DNA from: Octopus sinensis
Lineage: Eukaryota
DNA length: 64,000 nucleotides
Direction of reading: 5' to 3'
Assembly: GCF_006345805.1 (NCBI RefSeq)
Contig: NC_042999.1
Span: forward strand, 158,534,001 to 158,598,000
Shown here: one piece after another, positions 1 to 12,654 of the stretch
Numbering within the stretch: the stretch's first letter is position 1
Layout of the letters: every line of letters begins with the position of its first letter
Notes under the pieces: generated by a model
What the model saw: the letters and a program-made list of their open reading frames with translations, nothing else
Database searches by the model: none
Told to the model about the DNA's origin: nothing
Position numbers and translations under genes: made by a program

Positions 1-109
1 ATTTTTGCATTTGTTAAATCGCATCATTTCTAGTTGAGTATTTAATTTTTTTTTGTTTTGCTTTATGTTTGTATATATGTATGTTTGAATGTATATATTA
101 TTTATTACT

Positions 110-478
110 TGTTTCATTCACTGGACTGCGGCCTTGCTGAGGCAGTGCCTTCAAGGATTTAGTGGAACAAATCGACCCCAGTACTTATTATTTAAAGCCT
201 AGTGCTCGTTTCATCGACCACTTTTGCAGAAGCTCTAAATTACAGGGACAGAAACAAACCAACACCATGCGGTGGCGTAGGGGTGAAGTTGCAATCACAA
301 ACACCAAGACATGTGCGCTTGCGCGCTCGCACCGCCTTTTGTATCTACGACAGGCTTCTTTCAGTTTCCTTCTACCAAAGCACTCACAAGTCTCTACTCA
401 GCCTGAAGCTATAGAAGACACTTGCCGAAGGTGGCACACAGTGGAACTGAATCCGGAACCATGTGGTTGGAAAGCAAA
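110..478 (-). mobile_element. tRNA-derived SINE family A (bipartite, internal microsatellite linker), diverged copy
   Basis: Aligns by eye to the better-preserved copies at 17795-18209 and 44176-44598 (gactgcggcc...tcgacccc; ttctttcagtttcc...ggaaccatgtggttgg). Confidence 0.8.
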
Positions 479-529
479 TGAAGTCAAATCAAATTTTATT
501 TTGATATATTCGTACTGTAACACGATATA

Positions 530-919
530 GGGACACTATGTCTGTGGGAACACCGTTCTCACGATACAAGGATGTTTGAAAAAGGGACATGAAGGCCTGC
601 GATATCAATATTAGCAATTGGGAAGCAGTTGCCAGCAACCGTGGAGATTCGCGATGTACTGTAAAAGAGGGAAAAACAAAGGAGTGTCAGAGGGAGAGAG
701 GAGAAATGGAAAGACAAGAAAAGACGTCAACAAGAAACTATGACATCACAACCAACCAGGCAAAGTCTTCGCCACATTTGCGGCACCTGCCAGAGGAAGT
801 GTTTGTCCAGGATAGGACTACACAGCCACAACAGGAGATGTATTAGGACATGAAATGTAAAAGCCGGACTGGATTATTTTATGCGCATCTCCATTGTCTC
901 CCGAGACAAAAAAGATGCC

Positions 920-922
<3 letters not shown>
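530..922 (+). mobile_element. RTE-clade LINE, 3' terminal fragment
   Basis: Same family as 50390-50740. Encodes the decayed C-terminus (MKACDINISNWEAVASNRGD...; C-x-R-x-C-x-SRIGL-x-SH knuckle) and ends ccattgtctcccgagacaaaaaagatgccaact before (TA)n. Confidence 0.8.
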
Positions 923-954
<32 letters not shown>

Positions 955-1174
955 AAATTAGAAAACAAACCCACCTTTTATCAATTCAAAATGAACTATT
1001 TAATTACACCATCTAGAAAATTATATATAGAAAAATTAAAACTAAAATAACAATAAAATGTCAAAGATTAAGTAAACTGCAAAAAATAATAATACAAACG
1101 TATATAATAGGGGGGAAAACGACACGTGTTTCGTGGCTATATTTAAGAAATGATTATAGTTGTAGAGAAATCAC

Positions 1175-1205
<31 letters not shown>

Positions 1206-1249
1206 CATACCCACACACATATATATCTGATATATCTGTGTACACATCT

Positions 1250-1306
<57 letters not shown>

Positions 1307-1551
1307 TATATATATATATATATGTATGTATGTATATAAAACTTATCATGGATATCTTATTAGGACATCGAACATTGCGTCATTAATCTCATATAGGCGC
1401 TTACTGCAAAAATGCACCTACAATATAGCAACGAGAACTGTCTGTGATGGACACAGAAACTTCTATGTCATGATTTCATTCAACTGGAAATCCTCGGTGG
1501 GTGGCGTCCAGTCAACGCCTACCAGCTAAATCTCGTCGAAATTTATATGGA

Positions 1552-1947
1552 ACTAGCAGTATCGCCCGGCGTTGCTCGGGTTTGTAAGGGAAATAACTAT
1601 ATAAGCATTTTTAGAGATGTAAAGTATAATAGCCATCTCAATATGGCTAACCACAAAAGACGGGGGGTGTTACTGTAGCTTTTTACGTTCTGAGATTTAA
1701 TAATAAATTTTTAGAGAGTTACTTATATATGCCAAAAATGCATTAAAAATGGGAAAAATTGATGGTAATTTTTTTTTTAAATCGTAGACTCATCGTAGAC
1801 GCGCACTAATACCCAGAAGGGCTCAAAATAAATCACGACTATAAGATACCCGCTTTTGGTTAAACTGCACCGCAAAATGTGGGAGTAGTTAGGAATCTAA
1901 ATCGCAGGAGACAGACAGCACACAACCTCTCTTTTATATATAAAGAT
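1552..1947 (+). mobile_element. Non-autonomous Helitron/Helentron-like (HINE/DINE-1-type) element
   Basis: Starts actagcagtatcgcccggcgttgctcggg (hairpin-like) and ends gagacagacagc...cttttatatataaagat, termini typical of HINE-like elements. No coding capacity. Confidence 0.55.
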
Positions 1948-2446
1948 AACAGCATATTTTCAGACACTTATGTCGCAAATGGCCAGCAGGATCATAAGAA
2001 ATTATTATTTGCAACGGAAGCATTATTAATACCAAAAGGTATTTATATTCAACTCAATATAGATGTTTTTTTAGAACATCGGATACCGCGTTATTATGCT
2101 TGAGAAATCCTCTCGTACGCGCTTGGTGTATAAAAGTACAAACACAGATTGTAACAGACGAAAAATGTCTATTATGGGTGCTGAAACAGTAAATATTCTT
2201 CCAGTTTGTTACTGTATGTCCTAGTCTTCGTTGAAGCAATTAGTATTGCTGTGTATTTGTATGAGCAGTAACGATGATGAGATTTAATTTCTTGCTGATA
2301 TCTTTATTGTTGGATTTAAAATGTTGATGTTAAATTTAAGTTACATTCATCAAACTATTTACGTACACAATGTACGTAACTATAGTCGAAACTTGCGCAT
2401 AAGTATTTTATCACTCTCTTTCCATCAACTTATCCTTCTTAAATAC

Positions 2447-2447
<1 letters not shown>

Positions 2448-2485
<38 letters not shown>

Positions 2486-2813
2486 GAAATATAAAATGTG
2501 ACTTCATTGACCGAGGTTACCGTGGTCTTTTCCGTAGGCTTTTCTTTCCACGGGTAAACCTCACCTGTCCTCCCCTTTACACTTCATATTGACATTTCTG
2601 TGATAACGATCCCTATTGATCAATTTTTTTTTTTCCTCCCCCCCTTTTTTTTAACCCCCCCTTTTTTGTCCTCTTTCTCTCCTTTTACGATCCCTTTTGA
2701 TCGAAACTCCCCCTTCCCCCCCCTTTTTTTTTTTTTCTAACCCTTCAAAAGAAAAGCTCTACCTTGTAATTTGTTCTATCTGTGTGCAGCCCTGTGTGGC
2801 TAATAAAGAAACA

Positions 2814-2863
<50 letters not shown>

Positions 2864-2896
2864 ACGAGCTAGCTAGCTAGCTGGATGGCTGGTTAG

Positions 2897-2955
<59 letters not shown>

Positions 2956-2988
2956 ACGAGCTAGCTAGCTAGCTGGATGGCTGGTTAG

Positions 2989-3044
<56 letters not shown>

Positions 3045-3117
3045 ATATATATATATATCTGTTTGTCTATCTATCTATCTATCAATCTATCTATTTATCT
3101 ATCTATCTATCTATCTT
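2448..3117. repeat. Compound (CTAT)n microsatellites with a duplicated 50-bp interruption
   Basis: (ctat)n tracts; ctaacgagctagctagctagctggatggctggttagctgtctgtctg occurs twice (~2860 and ~2953). Confidence 0.9.
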
Positions 3118-3238
3118 TGTGAGTGTACTTGCGTGTGTATGTAAGTGTGCGCCTGCGTGCGTATGTATGTGTATGCTTGCGAGTGTGCATATGCGTATGT
3201 ATGCTTTTGTGGAAACAGCTTTTCTTTCAAACTAATGA

Positions 3239-3276
<38 letters not shown>

Positions 3277-3799
3277 CTGAAACTATATACTTTTGCATTT
3301 TCGAGTTTCCTATGTCATCATGTTTAATTAGGAAGATTAGTGCTCGAAGGTTGATTTGCATTTGTAGACTTCCTCGGTTTTATTTCTTGGTTGAAGCAAT
3401 TAGGTTTACTGTGTATGAGCAGTAAAGATGATCGGATTTAATTTGTTGCTGATATCTTTATTGCTGGATTTAGAATGTTGATGCTAAATTTAATTTACAT
3501 TCATCAATCAGAAACTTTTCTTAGATTACTATAAATTTTTATTTAATTTGTTTTGTGGATTATTTGTAGGATTGACTTGTTTATTGCTAATTTAATTCTA
3601 TGAACTCTTGTGCAAGAGTATATGCGTATGTCCATACGTGTATACGTATATTTGCACGTATTAATCTTTGCGTACGCATGAGGATATGTCTGTAGGTCGT
3701 TGTTCAGTTTTATTTCAAGATTTCTTGCCAATAGAGAAAGAACCGGTTTCTAACCTAGATCCAAGGCTCCTTAATTGGAATTTCAACATCAACAACAGA

Positions 3800-4050
3800 G
3801 TATGTATGTATGAATGTATGTATGTCTGTATGTATGTATGTATGTATGTATGTATGTATGTATGTATATATGTATGTATGTATGTATGTATGTGTGTGTG
3901 TATGTATGTATGCATGCATGTATGTATGTATGAATGTATGTGTGTGTGTATGTATGTATGTATGAATGTATGTATGTATGTATGCACGTATGTATGTATG
4001 TATGCATGTATATATGTATGCATGTATGTATGTATGTATGTATGTATGTA
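3800..4050. repeat. (ATGT)n microsatellite
   Basis: Directly visible; source of the spurious ORFs 3668-4195, 3715-4023 and 3789-4055. Confidence 0.95.
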
Positions 4051-4129
4051 TACATTCAGATTTGCATGTTTTGTTTCATGTACGTATTTTCATGCATATA
4101 CTTGCATACCTAGACATGCTCACATATAC

Positions 4130-4655
4130 ATAAATGATAAGTTTCTGGAAAGTTTTACAGATTTTTATAGTTCCAGTTATGGGTTTGATTTGTAGTCTTC
4201 GAATCAGCCTTCTCCTTTCTGGTTTTGAAAAGCCTAAATTCTCAAGATTGGTATTTAGGCAGCTCATTTCCACAACTGTTCACAGTTTCTCTTCTCTGCC
4301 GCAAATCATTATATCAGGTCTATTGTGTTACATTTTACTGAGGTTTTTACTGGGACAATCCACCTGAACTCCTTTTTATTATGAGTGGTTATGGCTTCTA
4401 TCATACTGTGGGTCCTTATTTCCGGGTTATCCTTTCGACTGATCTCGTGTATAGTGTCCTAGCTACAACATCATGTCTCATACCGTGATTACATTTTCGG
4501 ACAACTGCTTATGAAGTGGGTGATATCTCAGGGCTAAGTCCACAAAGTCTGCAACTGTTGTCACATTTTACTGCTTCTCCTGCATCTTTGTCCCTTTTGT
4601 GCATCAGTTATTTGTTTGATGTTTCCTGTTCCTGGATTGCAAACGCATACTCTTC
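4130..4655 (-). mobile_element. R4/Dong-like (RLE-type) non-LTR retrotransposon, 3' fragment with internal deletion
   Basis: Minus-strand translation: EEYAFAIQEQE...SCRLCG..EDITHFISSCP..RHDVVARTLY (CCHC knuckle), RPDIMI..VEMSC (restriction-like endonuclease), LENLGFSK..LIRRLQ..GTIKICKTF. Confidence 0.8.
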
Positions 4656-4744
4656 AAATCTCGGGGTTAGTAGCCCGCGCTCTTAACAAATACGGCATCA
4701 GGAGTAGTGGTTAAGAGCGAGTGCTACTAACCCCAAGATCCCAA

Positions 4745-7490
4745 GGAGGAATAATACTAGATGACTTGAGGGAGAACGATACTCACCATGAAAGATAAGA
4801 GCAAGAGTAATACAAGTAGCAACTATAGACCAATCATTTGATTACCATTAGTGTGGAAGCTGTTAATAGGAATATTTTCAGAAAGCATTCGCGAGCACCT
4901 TGACAAGCAGAATTTACTGCCAGAGGGACAGATAAGATGCAGGAAGAAGGTTAGAGGAACACCTGGCAGTGGGGGCTATGGGCTTCATTGAAAGAAAAAT
5001 GGCAACGCTATTCAAAAGAAGATTTGTTTTTTCTAGCTCGGAGCTGAGAAAACTAATAAGGAGAGTCGAGGAGGCGGTCGAAAAAGCCAGCTTCTATATA
5101 TGGCTGAAACGGGAAGACCAAAAATGGCTTGAAAGTCATAACATGCCGGCAGGAAAATAACATCACTAGGTGAGACAAGCTGGCACTGAATTAGCTTCGC
5201 GGATTGACAGGCGACGGTCTCGTTTAGAGAATGCGCGGGTTAAGACTACATGCCTTCATTGGTCAGTTAAAGTTGAGACAGTGTCACGTGACAACTTGCT
5301 GGGGCTGCCTGCTGGAGCCCTGCAGCAGGTATTTAAAGGGAAAAAATTTGACAAGACAGTCAGTCGCCCGCTGACACTCGTGGACGCTACATCGAAGAGG
5401 CCAGGGAACAGAAGAAAGAAGAAGCAAGAAAACATGCACCCAACACCAGAGCTGAAGGCACCGCCGAAAGGTGGCGGGGGTGGGGAGCACCACGTCAAAA
5501 CGGTAGAGGAGTAGGGACCGAAACTGGACGTGGTTGATGCCTTGAGCTAACTGGATCCTATAAAGGAGCTGTTGTGGTAGCAGACCACGAAACACGGTTA
5601 AAATTCCTTATACATAGACAAAGCTGTTCTAAATGAAGTAAAAGCTAGAAAGAAAAATCTAACAATAGCATGGATAGACTATAAGAAAGCCAATGACATG
5701 ATCTCACATTCATGGGTAAGTGAATATTTGAGTATATTCAGTATAGCAGACAAAGTAATAGAGTTAAATAGTTGCAGCAAGAAGAAATGGAAAGTAGATC
5801 TCTACTCAGGTGACATACTCATAGGGAAAATTAATATCAAAAGGAATTTTTCTGGGGTCTCGTTGTCCCCTTTGATATTTTTCTTATGTTTGATCCCGTT
5901 GAGTTTAGTGTTAAGGAAGACAAAGGCAGAGTATCAGTTCAGAAAGAGTTGGGGTAAGATTAACCATTTGCTCTACATGGATGATTTGAATTTTTTTTTA
6001 GTAGGAATGAAAAATGGATAGAGTTTTTAATACAGAATGGAGGAATCTTCACCAAAAAAATAGTCATGGATTTTGGCATGGACAAGTGTGCAGTATTAGT
6101 CATGAGTAGAGGAGATGCAGTCAACAGTGAAGGCATATAATTACTAGATAGCCAGACATTAAAATCATTACAAGGAGAAGAGAGTTATAAGTATGTAAGA
6201 ATATTAGAACCTTACAGAGTACTAACTACAGAAATGAAAACGAAAATTGAGGAATACATCAGAAGGTTGAGGAAGCTAATGAACTCAAAGCTAAATGGCC
6301 CGAATCTACTGAAGGCTGTAAATACTTGGGCAGTATCATTACATAGATACTCATAAGCTTTTGTAGATCGGACAAAAACTGATTTAGCAAAGCTAGACAG
6401 ACGAATTAGGAAGGAATTCAATATGAATGGAGGACTCCACACAAGGGCAGGAATAGCAAGATTATACCTACATAGAAAGGAAGGCGGAAGAGAGTTAATG
6501 TCAGTAGAACAATGCGTGTGTTACCTAGAGTAGATATAGACTCCCATGTAGGTAATAGTGAAGAAAATTTATTAAAAGCTAAAAGAGTCATAGAAAGACA
6601 TAGGGAAACCAAAGACGCAAAGGAACTTAGTAACCAGAAAAAAAAATCAGAAATTATGTGACTGGCAGGAGAAGGCGTTTCGTGGTGGATTCCCAAAGAT
6701 AGTTGCAGCAAGTAGTAGTGGTGAGTGATGGTTATGGTTGTAGAAAGAGAAGCTGAAGAGAGACACAAAACGTTTAATAGCTGCACAAGATTAAGCATTA
6801 AGGACTAACTGAATACTATCCAAGATAAACAAAAACCAAGTAGATTCCCTATGTATATCATGCAAATCAAAAATGGAAAACTTTGCTCATATAGTAAGTG
6901 AATGTAGCATGCTGGCACAGAAAGTATACAAGTATACAAGAAATGACATGACAATCAAGTGAGAGGAATCCACTAGAAGATATGCAGAAAGCTAGGATTT
7001 GACCATAATGATAAATAATATGAACATGAACCTAGTAAAGTACTAGACAGTAAGAAATATAACATATTGTGGGACATTAACATTCAGACTGACAGTGTAA
7101 TAAAAGCTATAAGACCTCATTTGCTAGTGGTAGATAAAGAGAATAGAAGATGCCAGATAATTGGATTTACAGGCCCAAATGAGAAAAAAATTAGTATGAG
7201 AAAAATTAGTAATAGCAAAGTCTCAGGACCTACCTATTGGATTGCAAAGTCTTTGGAAAATGCGGGTAAACTGTATCACAGTAGTTATTGGCGCAATGGG
7301 AGCTATCCCTAAAGATCTGAACAGATTGATAGAGGAAATAGGCATAAAACCCAGTTTAGTATAGCTCCAGAAAGCAGTGTTATTAAGGACAAATAGGATA
7401 CTTAAGAGGGTTCTTGGCATCTAAGGTGTTTGTTGTAGCCCGATGTTTGGATCTTTTCTTTTCCAAACGTCTAATCTGTTGAGAGTAAAT
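4745..7490 (+). mobile_element. R4/Dong-like LINE copy 1, 5'-truncated and decayed, interrupted by a nested insertion
   Basis: NYRPII*LPLVWKLLIGI; IDKAVL..AWIDYKKA.DMISHSW; INHLLYMDDL; WDINIQTDSVIKAIRPHLLVV; LQKAVLL.T.RILKRVLGI*; short 3' UTR, then (AAT)n. Confidence 0.9.
4962..5607 (+). mobile_element. HERO/NeSL-like non-LTR element, C-terminus plus long GC-richer 3' region, nested in LINE copy 1
   Basis: AVGAMGFIERKMATLF...LIRRVEEAVEKASFYIWLKRE..W resembles the HERO C-terminus (VEVGCRGF...AEKASRWLWIKR). The host RT breaks at RG-T and resumes at LYIDKAV. Confidence 0.7.
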
Positions 7491-7493
7491 GAA

Positions 7494-7555
<62 letters not shown>

Positions 7556-7557
7556 TG

Positions 7558-7621
<64 letters not shown>

Positions 7622-7663
7622 TGATGATAATAATAATAATAAACAAATAATAATAATAATAAT
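7490..7663. repeat. (AAT)n tract between LINE copies 1 and 2
   Basis: Directly visible. Confidence 0.95.
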
Positions 7664-10517
7664 AAACAAACCCTGTGGATAAATAACATCCAAAACAAAA
7701 TAAAAAAAAATAGAAAAGACCTGTCGATTCTTAATGAAATCAGCAAACAATCAACGCTACTGAGCAACAAAAAGAGAACAAAAATACTCCGCAAATATAA
7801 CATCACAGAGAAAGATTTGCCTGAGATAAAAGAAAAGCTGAAGCAAGATATCCTTGCCAAAGCACAAAGGATCCGCCGGTACGAGAAACGCCAACGCTTC
7901 TTTGAACAAAACAAAAAGTTCAACTCCAACCCCAAAAAGTTCTACCAAGAACTGGGAAAAAATAAAATAGAAGTCACTGCAGCACCAACGGCAGAAGAAT
8001 TGGAAGAATTCTGGAGAGAAATATGGTCGGCGAACGAACAACCAAAAAAAAGAAGTATCAAAATAACAAACTCGGCATCTGAACAACTTTGGACCCCCAT
8101 AACAACTGAAGAGGTCAACCAGGCACTGCAAAGACTAAGCAACTGGAAGGCACCTGGGCATGACAAGATCCCCAACTTCTGGTTGAAATATCTAACAGGA
8201 ATGCACAAAAAGCTGGCTGAAAACTTTAACAACATCCTAGCAGAGCCAGAGACGATGCCTGAATGGCTCACGAAGGGGAAAAACCATCTTAATTCCCAAA
8301 TCAAATGAAACAGAAAAACCAGAAAACTACAGACCAATAACCTGCCTCCCTACTATGTTCAAGGCATTTACTGCAGTGATATCGCAAAGGCTGAACAAGC
8401 ACCTGGACGAAAACAAACTGTTCCCAGAAGAGCAGAAAGGATGCCGCAAAGGCTCATATGGCTGTAAAGATCAACTAATGATTAATAAAGCCATAACTGA
8501 AGACAGCCACTGAAAGAAGAAAGGCCTCAGTATGGCCTGGATTGACTACAAAAAGGCGTTTGATAGCATCCCCCACACATGGATCCTCGAAACACTAGCC
8601 ATTAACAAAGTAGCACCAACAATCATAAAATTCATAGAGCACTCTATGAATAAGTGGCAAACAGTCCTACACCTCCAAACAAAAGAGGGACTCATGAAAA
8701 CCAAAGACATCCCCATTAGAAGAGGAATATTCCAGGGAGACACGCTCTCTCCACTCCTTTTCTGCTTGGCACTGTCACCTCTATCTGATTTACTAAATAG
8801 AACTGGATGCAGATATAAATGTTACGGCAAAACGATCAGCCACCTTTTATATATGGATGACCTAAAACTATACTCTGCAAATGACAAACAGCTGGAAACA
8901 CTATTAAAGACAGTTCATGGATTTACCAAAGAAATAGATATGAAATTTGGATTAGAAAAATGCGCCAAAGTAACCATGAAAAGAGGAAAATTGTTAAGAG
9001 TAACAACATCACACTAGATAAAACCAATGAAATAAAAGAATTAGACCAAAGCCAAACTTACAAATACTTAGGAATCCATGAACTAGATAAGACACAACAC
9101 ACACAAATGAAAGAGAAAATAAAAAAAAGAATATTATAGACGAGTTAGATCAATACTAAAAACAGAGCTCAATGCTAAACACAAGATAATAGGTATCAAC
9201 ACTTTAGCTGTCCCAGTTATAAGTTACAGCTACAATATCCTTAACTGGACACGAAATGAACTGACCAAAATAGATAGGAAAACAAGAAAAATAATGACAG
9301 GATCTAGGATGCATCACCCAAAATCTGACATAGAAAGACTATATATACAACGTATAGAAGGTGGTAGAGGCCTTATACAGCTGGAAAACTACTATAAAAT
9401 AACCACCATAGGACTGCAAAAATATCTACTTCAGAAGGAAGGAAAACTGATCCAGATAGCGGCAAAACACGAGCAAAACAAAAAACTGTTCTCAGTATTT
9501 AAGGAAGCTGACAAATACAAACAAGAAATCATACCACCTAATAAACATGAAGAAGAAGAAGAAGAAGAAGAAGATGAAGAAACAACAAAAGCTATAAAAC
9601 AAATGAAATCCAAACTAAAAATAGAACAGCAACGAACCATGATAAAACGATGGCAAGAAAAGCCCCTTCATGGTAAATACTGGACTAAACTAAACGCAAA
9701 AGAAATAGACAAAGAAAAATCCCAGCAATGGTTGAGAAGCTCAGGACTCAAAGCAGAACAGAGGGATTTTTAATTGCAGCACAAGACCAAAGCCTCCCCA
9801 CCAGAAATTACCAAAAACATGTAATGAAAAGAAATATTACAAGTAACTGCAGAATATGTGGAGATGGACAAGAAACAATAAATCATATTATCTCTAGCTG
9901 CCCAGTCCTGGCTAAGAAGGAATATATTCACAGACATGACAGAGTTGGAACCTACATACATTGGAAGCTATGCCAAAATTATGGAATAACAACAGAAAAA
10001 AGATGGTATAGGCACACACCAGAAAAGGTCACAGAAAACGAGAAAGCAACCATACTTTGGGATATGCCGATACACACAGATAGAGAAATTAAGGCCAACA
10101 GACCAGATATAGTTGTCAGAGATCATGAAGAAAACAATGCTTTCTAATTGATGTATCAATACCGGCAGATGACAACGTGTCTCTAAAAGAAATGGAGAAA
10201 CTCTCAAAATACAAAGACCTGGAAATAGAGGTAACTAGAATGTGGAATCTGAAAACAGAAACAATTCCTATCATAGTAGGTGCATTAGGCATGATAAAAA
10301 AATATTCAGACAAATACATAACAAAAACACCAGGACTTACAAACACATATAACATACAGAAAATTGCACTACTAGGCACTGCACACATCCTACACAGAAC
10401 ACTTTCCATACAATAACCATCAGAGCATCACAACAAATCACAGCACATACCCAAGGCACACAGAGCTGCGCTCGGTAGTGAAGTGAAAGCACGCTATAAA
10501 AATAAAACTACTGAATA
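7664..10517 (+). mobile_element. R4/Dong-like LINE copy 2: RT, CCHC knuckle and RLE; 5'-truncated, several frameshifts and one stop
   Basis: NWKAPGHDKIPNFWLK; AWIDYKKAFDSIPH; GIFQGDTLSPLLF; LLYMDDLKLY; CRICG..ETINHIISSCP..RHD; RPDIVV; KYKDLEIE..IIVGALG..IQKIALLGTAHIL..; followed by (TAA)n. Confidence 0.95.
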
Positions 10518-10543
10518 ATAATAATAAAAAAAAAAAAAAAAAA

Positions 10544-10599
<56 letters not shown>

Positions 10600-10600
<1 letters not shown>

Positions 10601-11000
10601 CAAGACCTACCAAAAACTGAGCAAATATAAAGATCTGGAAATAGAAATCAGCAAAATGTGGAACCTGAAGACTAAAACAATTCCTTTGTCATAGGTGCCC
10701 TAGGAATGATAGCAAAAGGGGCTAATTGCTACCTAGCTCGGATACCAGGAAAACCCAAAATGGCAGAAATTTAAAAGATAGTTCTCATGGGAACTACGCA
10801 TATCCTACGCAAAATACTTGTTATCTCAAATTTGAAAACAAACAGAATTTTCGTATGAAATCTTAAACATTCTCTAGAACAACACTATGTACAAAACCAA
10901 ATATACAGCACCCTAGGCATAACACCATTATGAACTTCTAATGTGTCTCTTGAGGTCTCTGGTTGAGACTTGGAGCCAAAAGTCAAACATAAAATAACAA
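10600..11000 (+). mobile_element. R4/Dong-like LINE copy 3, short 3' fragment of a different subfamily
   Basis: KLSKYKDLEIEISKMWNLKTKTIP.VIGALGMI...KIVLMGTTHILRKIL; distinct 3' UTR ending at (ATG/AAT)n. Confidence 0.85.
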
Positions 11001-12076
11001 TAATGATGATGATGATGATGATGATAATAATAATAATAGTAAATATATAAATAAATAAATATGCTAGAATGGTAATGCATTTAGTTTCATATATATGCAT
11101 AGGTAACGAAATTAATTAGCCTCCTCTAAATATTTATATATTTGCATGCATGCATATGCAAATATATATAGATATACCTTCACTCGTATACATACATGTG
11201 TAATCACACACGCGCGCACTGCCACCGACATAGGTTTATATGTCCATGCGTATGCATGCGTATGTATGTAAGTATGTGTGCATGTATGTGTGTGTGTATA
11301 TACATGTATATATATATATGTGTGTGTGTGTGTATGCATTTATATGTAGCTTTAATTGGATCAAGTATAACTTGAAGAGTAATATTTTTCCTAACAGTTG
11401 TTTGCAAATATTCATATGATGTACTTCGATTAATGAACAAAAGAATGCTAAGAGAATGTAGATCAAAAGCTGGTATCTGCCTGACAAGCTTGGTGAAGTT
11501 TTCAGATGTCATTGTCCTGTTAATGAAATAATATATTCGTTGCTTCTAATTGGAGCGTTGGCCTGTGAAAGAAAGCTGAGATAATAACTCAGCATAGAAT
11601 ACAATAAAGAAAGCAAGCGAAAGCGGAAGTGGGAGAGGGGAAAGGATAAGGAGAGCCGAGGGGAATAGACAGAACTGGAGAGATAGAAAGAGCAAGATAA
11701 TGTATATGTAGAAGAAAAACATGTAGAAATTGAGTAGGCGTTCTTGTTATTTCGATGACTGGAAGTTAGGGTTAGAGTTAGGGTTATATTCTCTTGGTGT
11801 TGTTTTCTTGTATTTTGGTGCCAACTTCTGATATAACGCGTGTAAGAGTAAAAACGTTCTAGCCTTAATGAACACATTTTTTCCAAGAAAGTTATATCTT
11901 AGATCACAATAATGAATGTGTGCTTGATTGGTTAGAATGGGAGTTGTAGATTTGATTGATATTGGAGCCTTACAAGTATCCAAATAGATGGTGCTCGCAT
12001 ACATCATGATTTCGTGTCTTGGTATATTCGTACATGCTATCCAACTTCCGTGACACCTTCCTTCTACCAAGATAGC

Positions 12077-12192
<116 letters not shown>

Positions 12193-12547
12193 TGTATATA
12201 TATATATTTCGTTTTTGGATTTGGTTTATATTCTTTATATGAGTTCGTGTGTTGTAGCATATTCTGTTGTGTCTGGGGAAATTCATTCTCTTTTAGTGCC
12301 TTATTATTTAACACACGCACCGGTGAAATTTCCACTTATTTCTTATTTTTATTTTCTAAAATTTTCGTTGCGTCTTGCAACCTTTTCAATAGTCTTGACT
12401 CTTATATATATATATATATATCACAATCAAGGAACGGCCATAATAGGCCATTCACCCACTAGAAATAACAGCCAAAAAGCTTCAACCGCAAAATAACATT
12501 AATTCCGTAAACCAGGAGAAAATTAAAAAAAAAACATTTACCCTGAA

Positions 12548-12654
12548 ATTCCTTATACGATGCACCGTTTCGTCTACTGTTTAATGGCAAACTAACCTGA
12601 TTAAATTAAATCAAGCCAATCTACCATAGGCCCTTAGATTCATCAGTAAGGAAT
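12548..12654 (-). ncRNA. Type I hammerhead ribozyme fold, unit 1
   Basis: Minus strand: AUUCCUUA-CUGAUGA-[68 nt]-GAAA-CGG-UGCA-UCGU-A-UAAGGAAU. Perfect 8-bp stem I, 4-bp stem III, GUA cleavage triplet; stem II closes with A.C. Confidence 0.75.

Noticed and set aside
1105-1135. Minus-strand GAAACACGUGUC (palindromic stem III plus GUC)
   Set aside because: Only the 3' half; no CUGANGA upstream.
3668-4195. Long ORFs with MYVC/HTYI-type repeats (also 7383-7935, 11747-12496, 21937-22432, 26612-27047, 44657-44906, 57814-58133, 61710-62485, 63045-63543)
   Set aside because: They are translations of di-, tri- and tetranucleotide microsatellites, not genes.
7817-10416. LINE copy 2 as an active autonomous element
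   Set aside because: It is 5'-truncated with a stop near 8510 and several frameshifts; it cannot be called intact without read polishing.
11765-11792. ttagggttagagttagggtt telomere-like motif
   Set aside because: Only about three imperfect units; too short to call an interstitial telomere.
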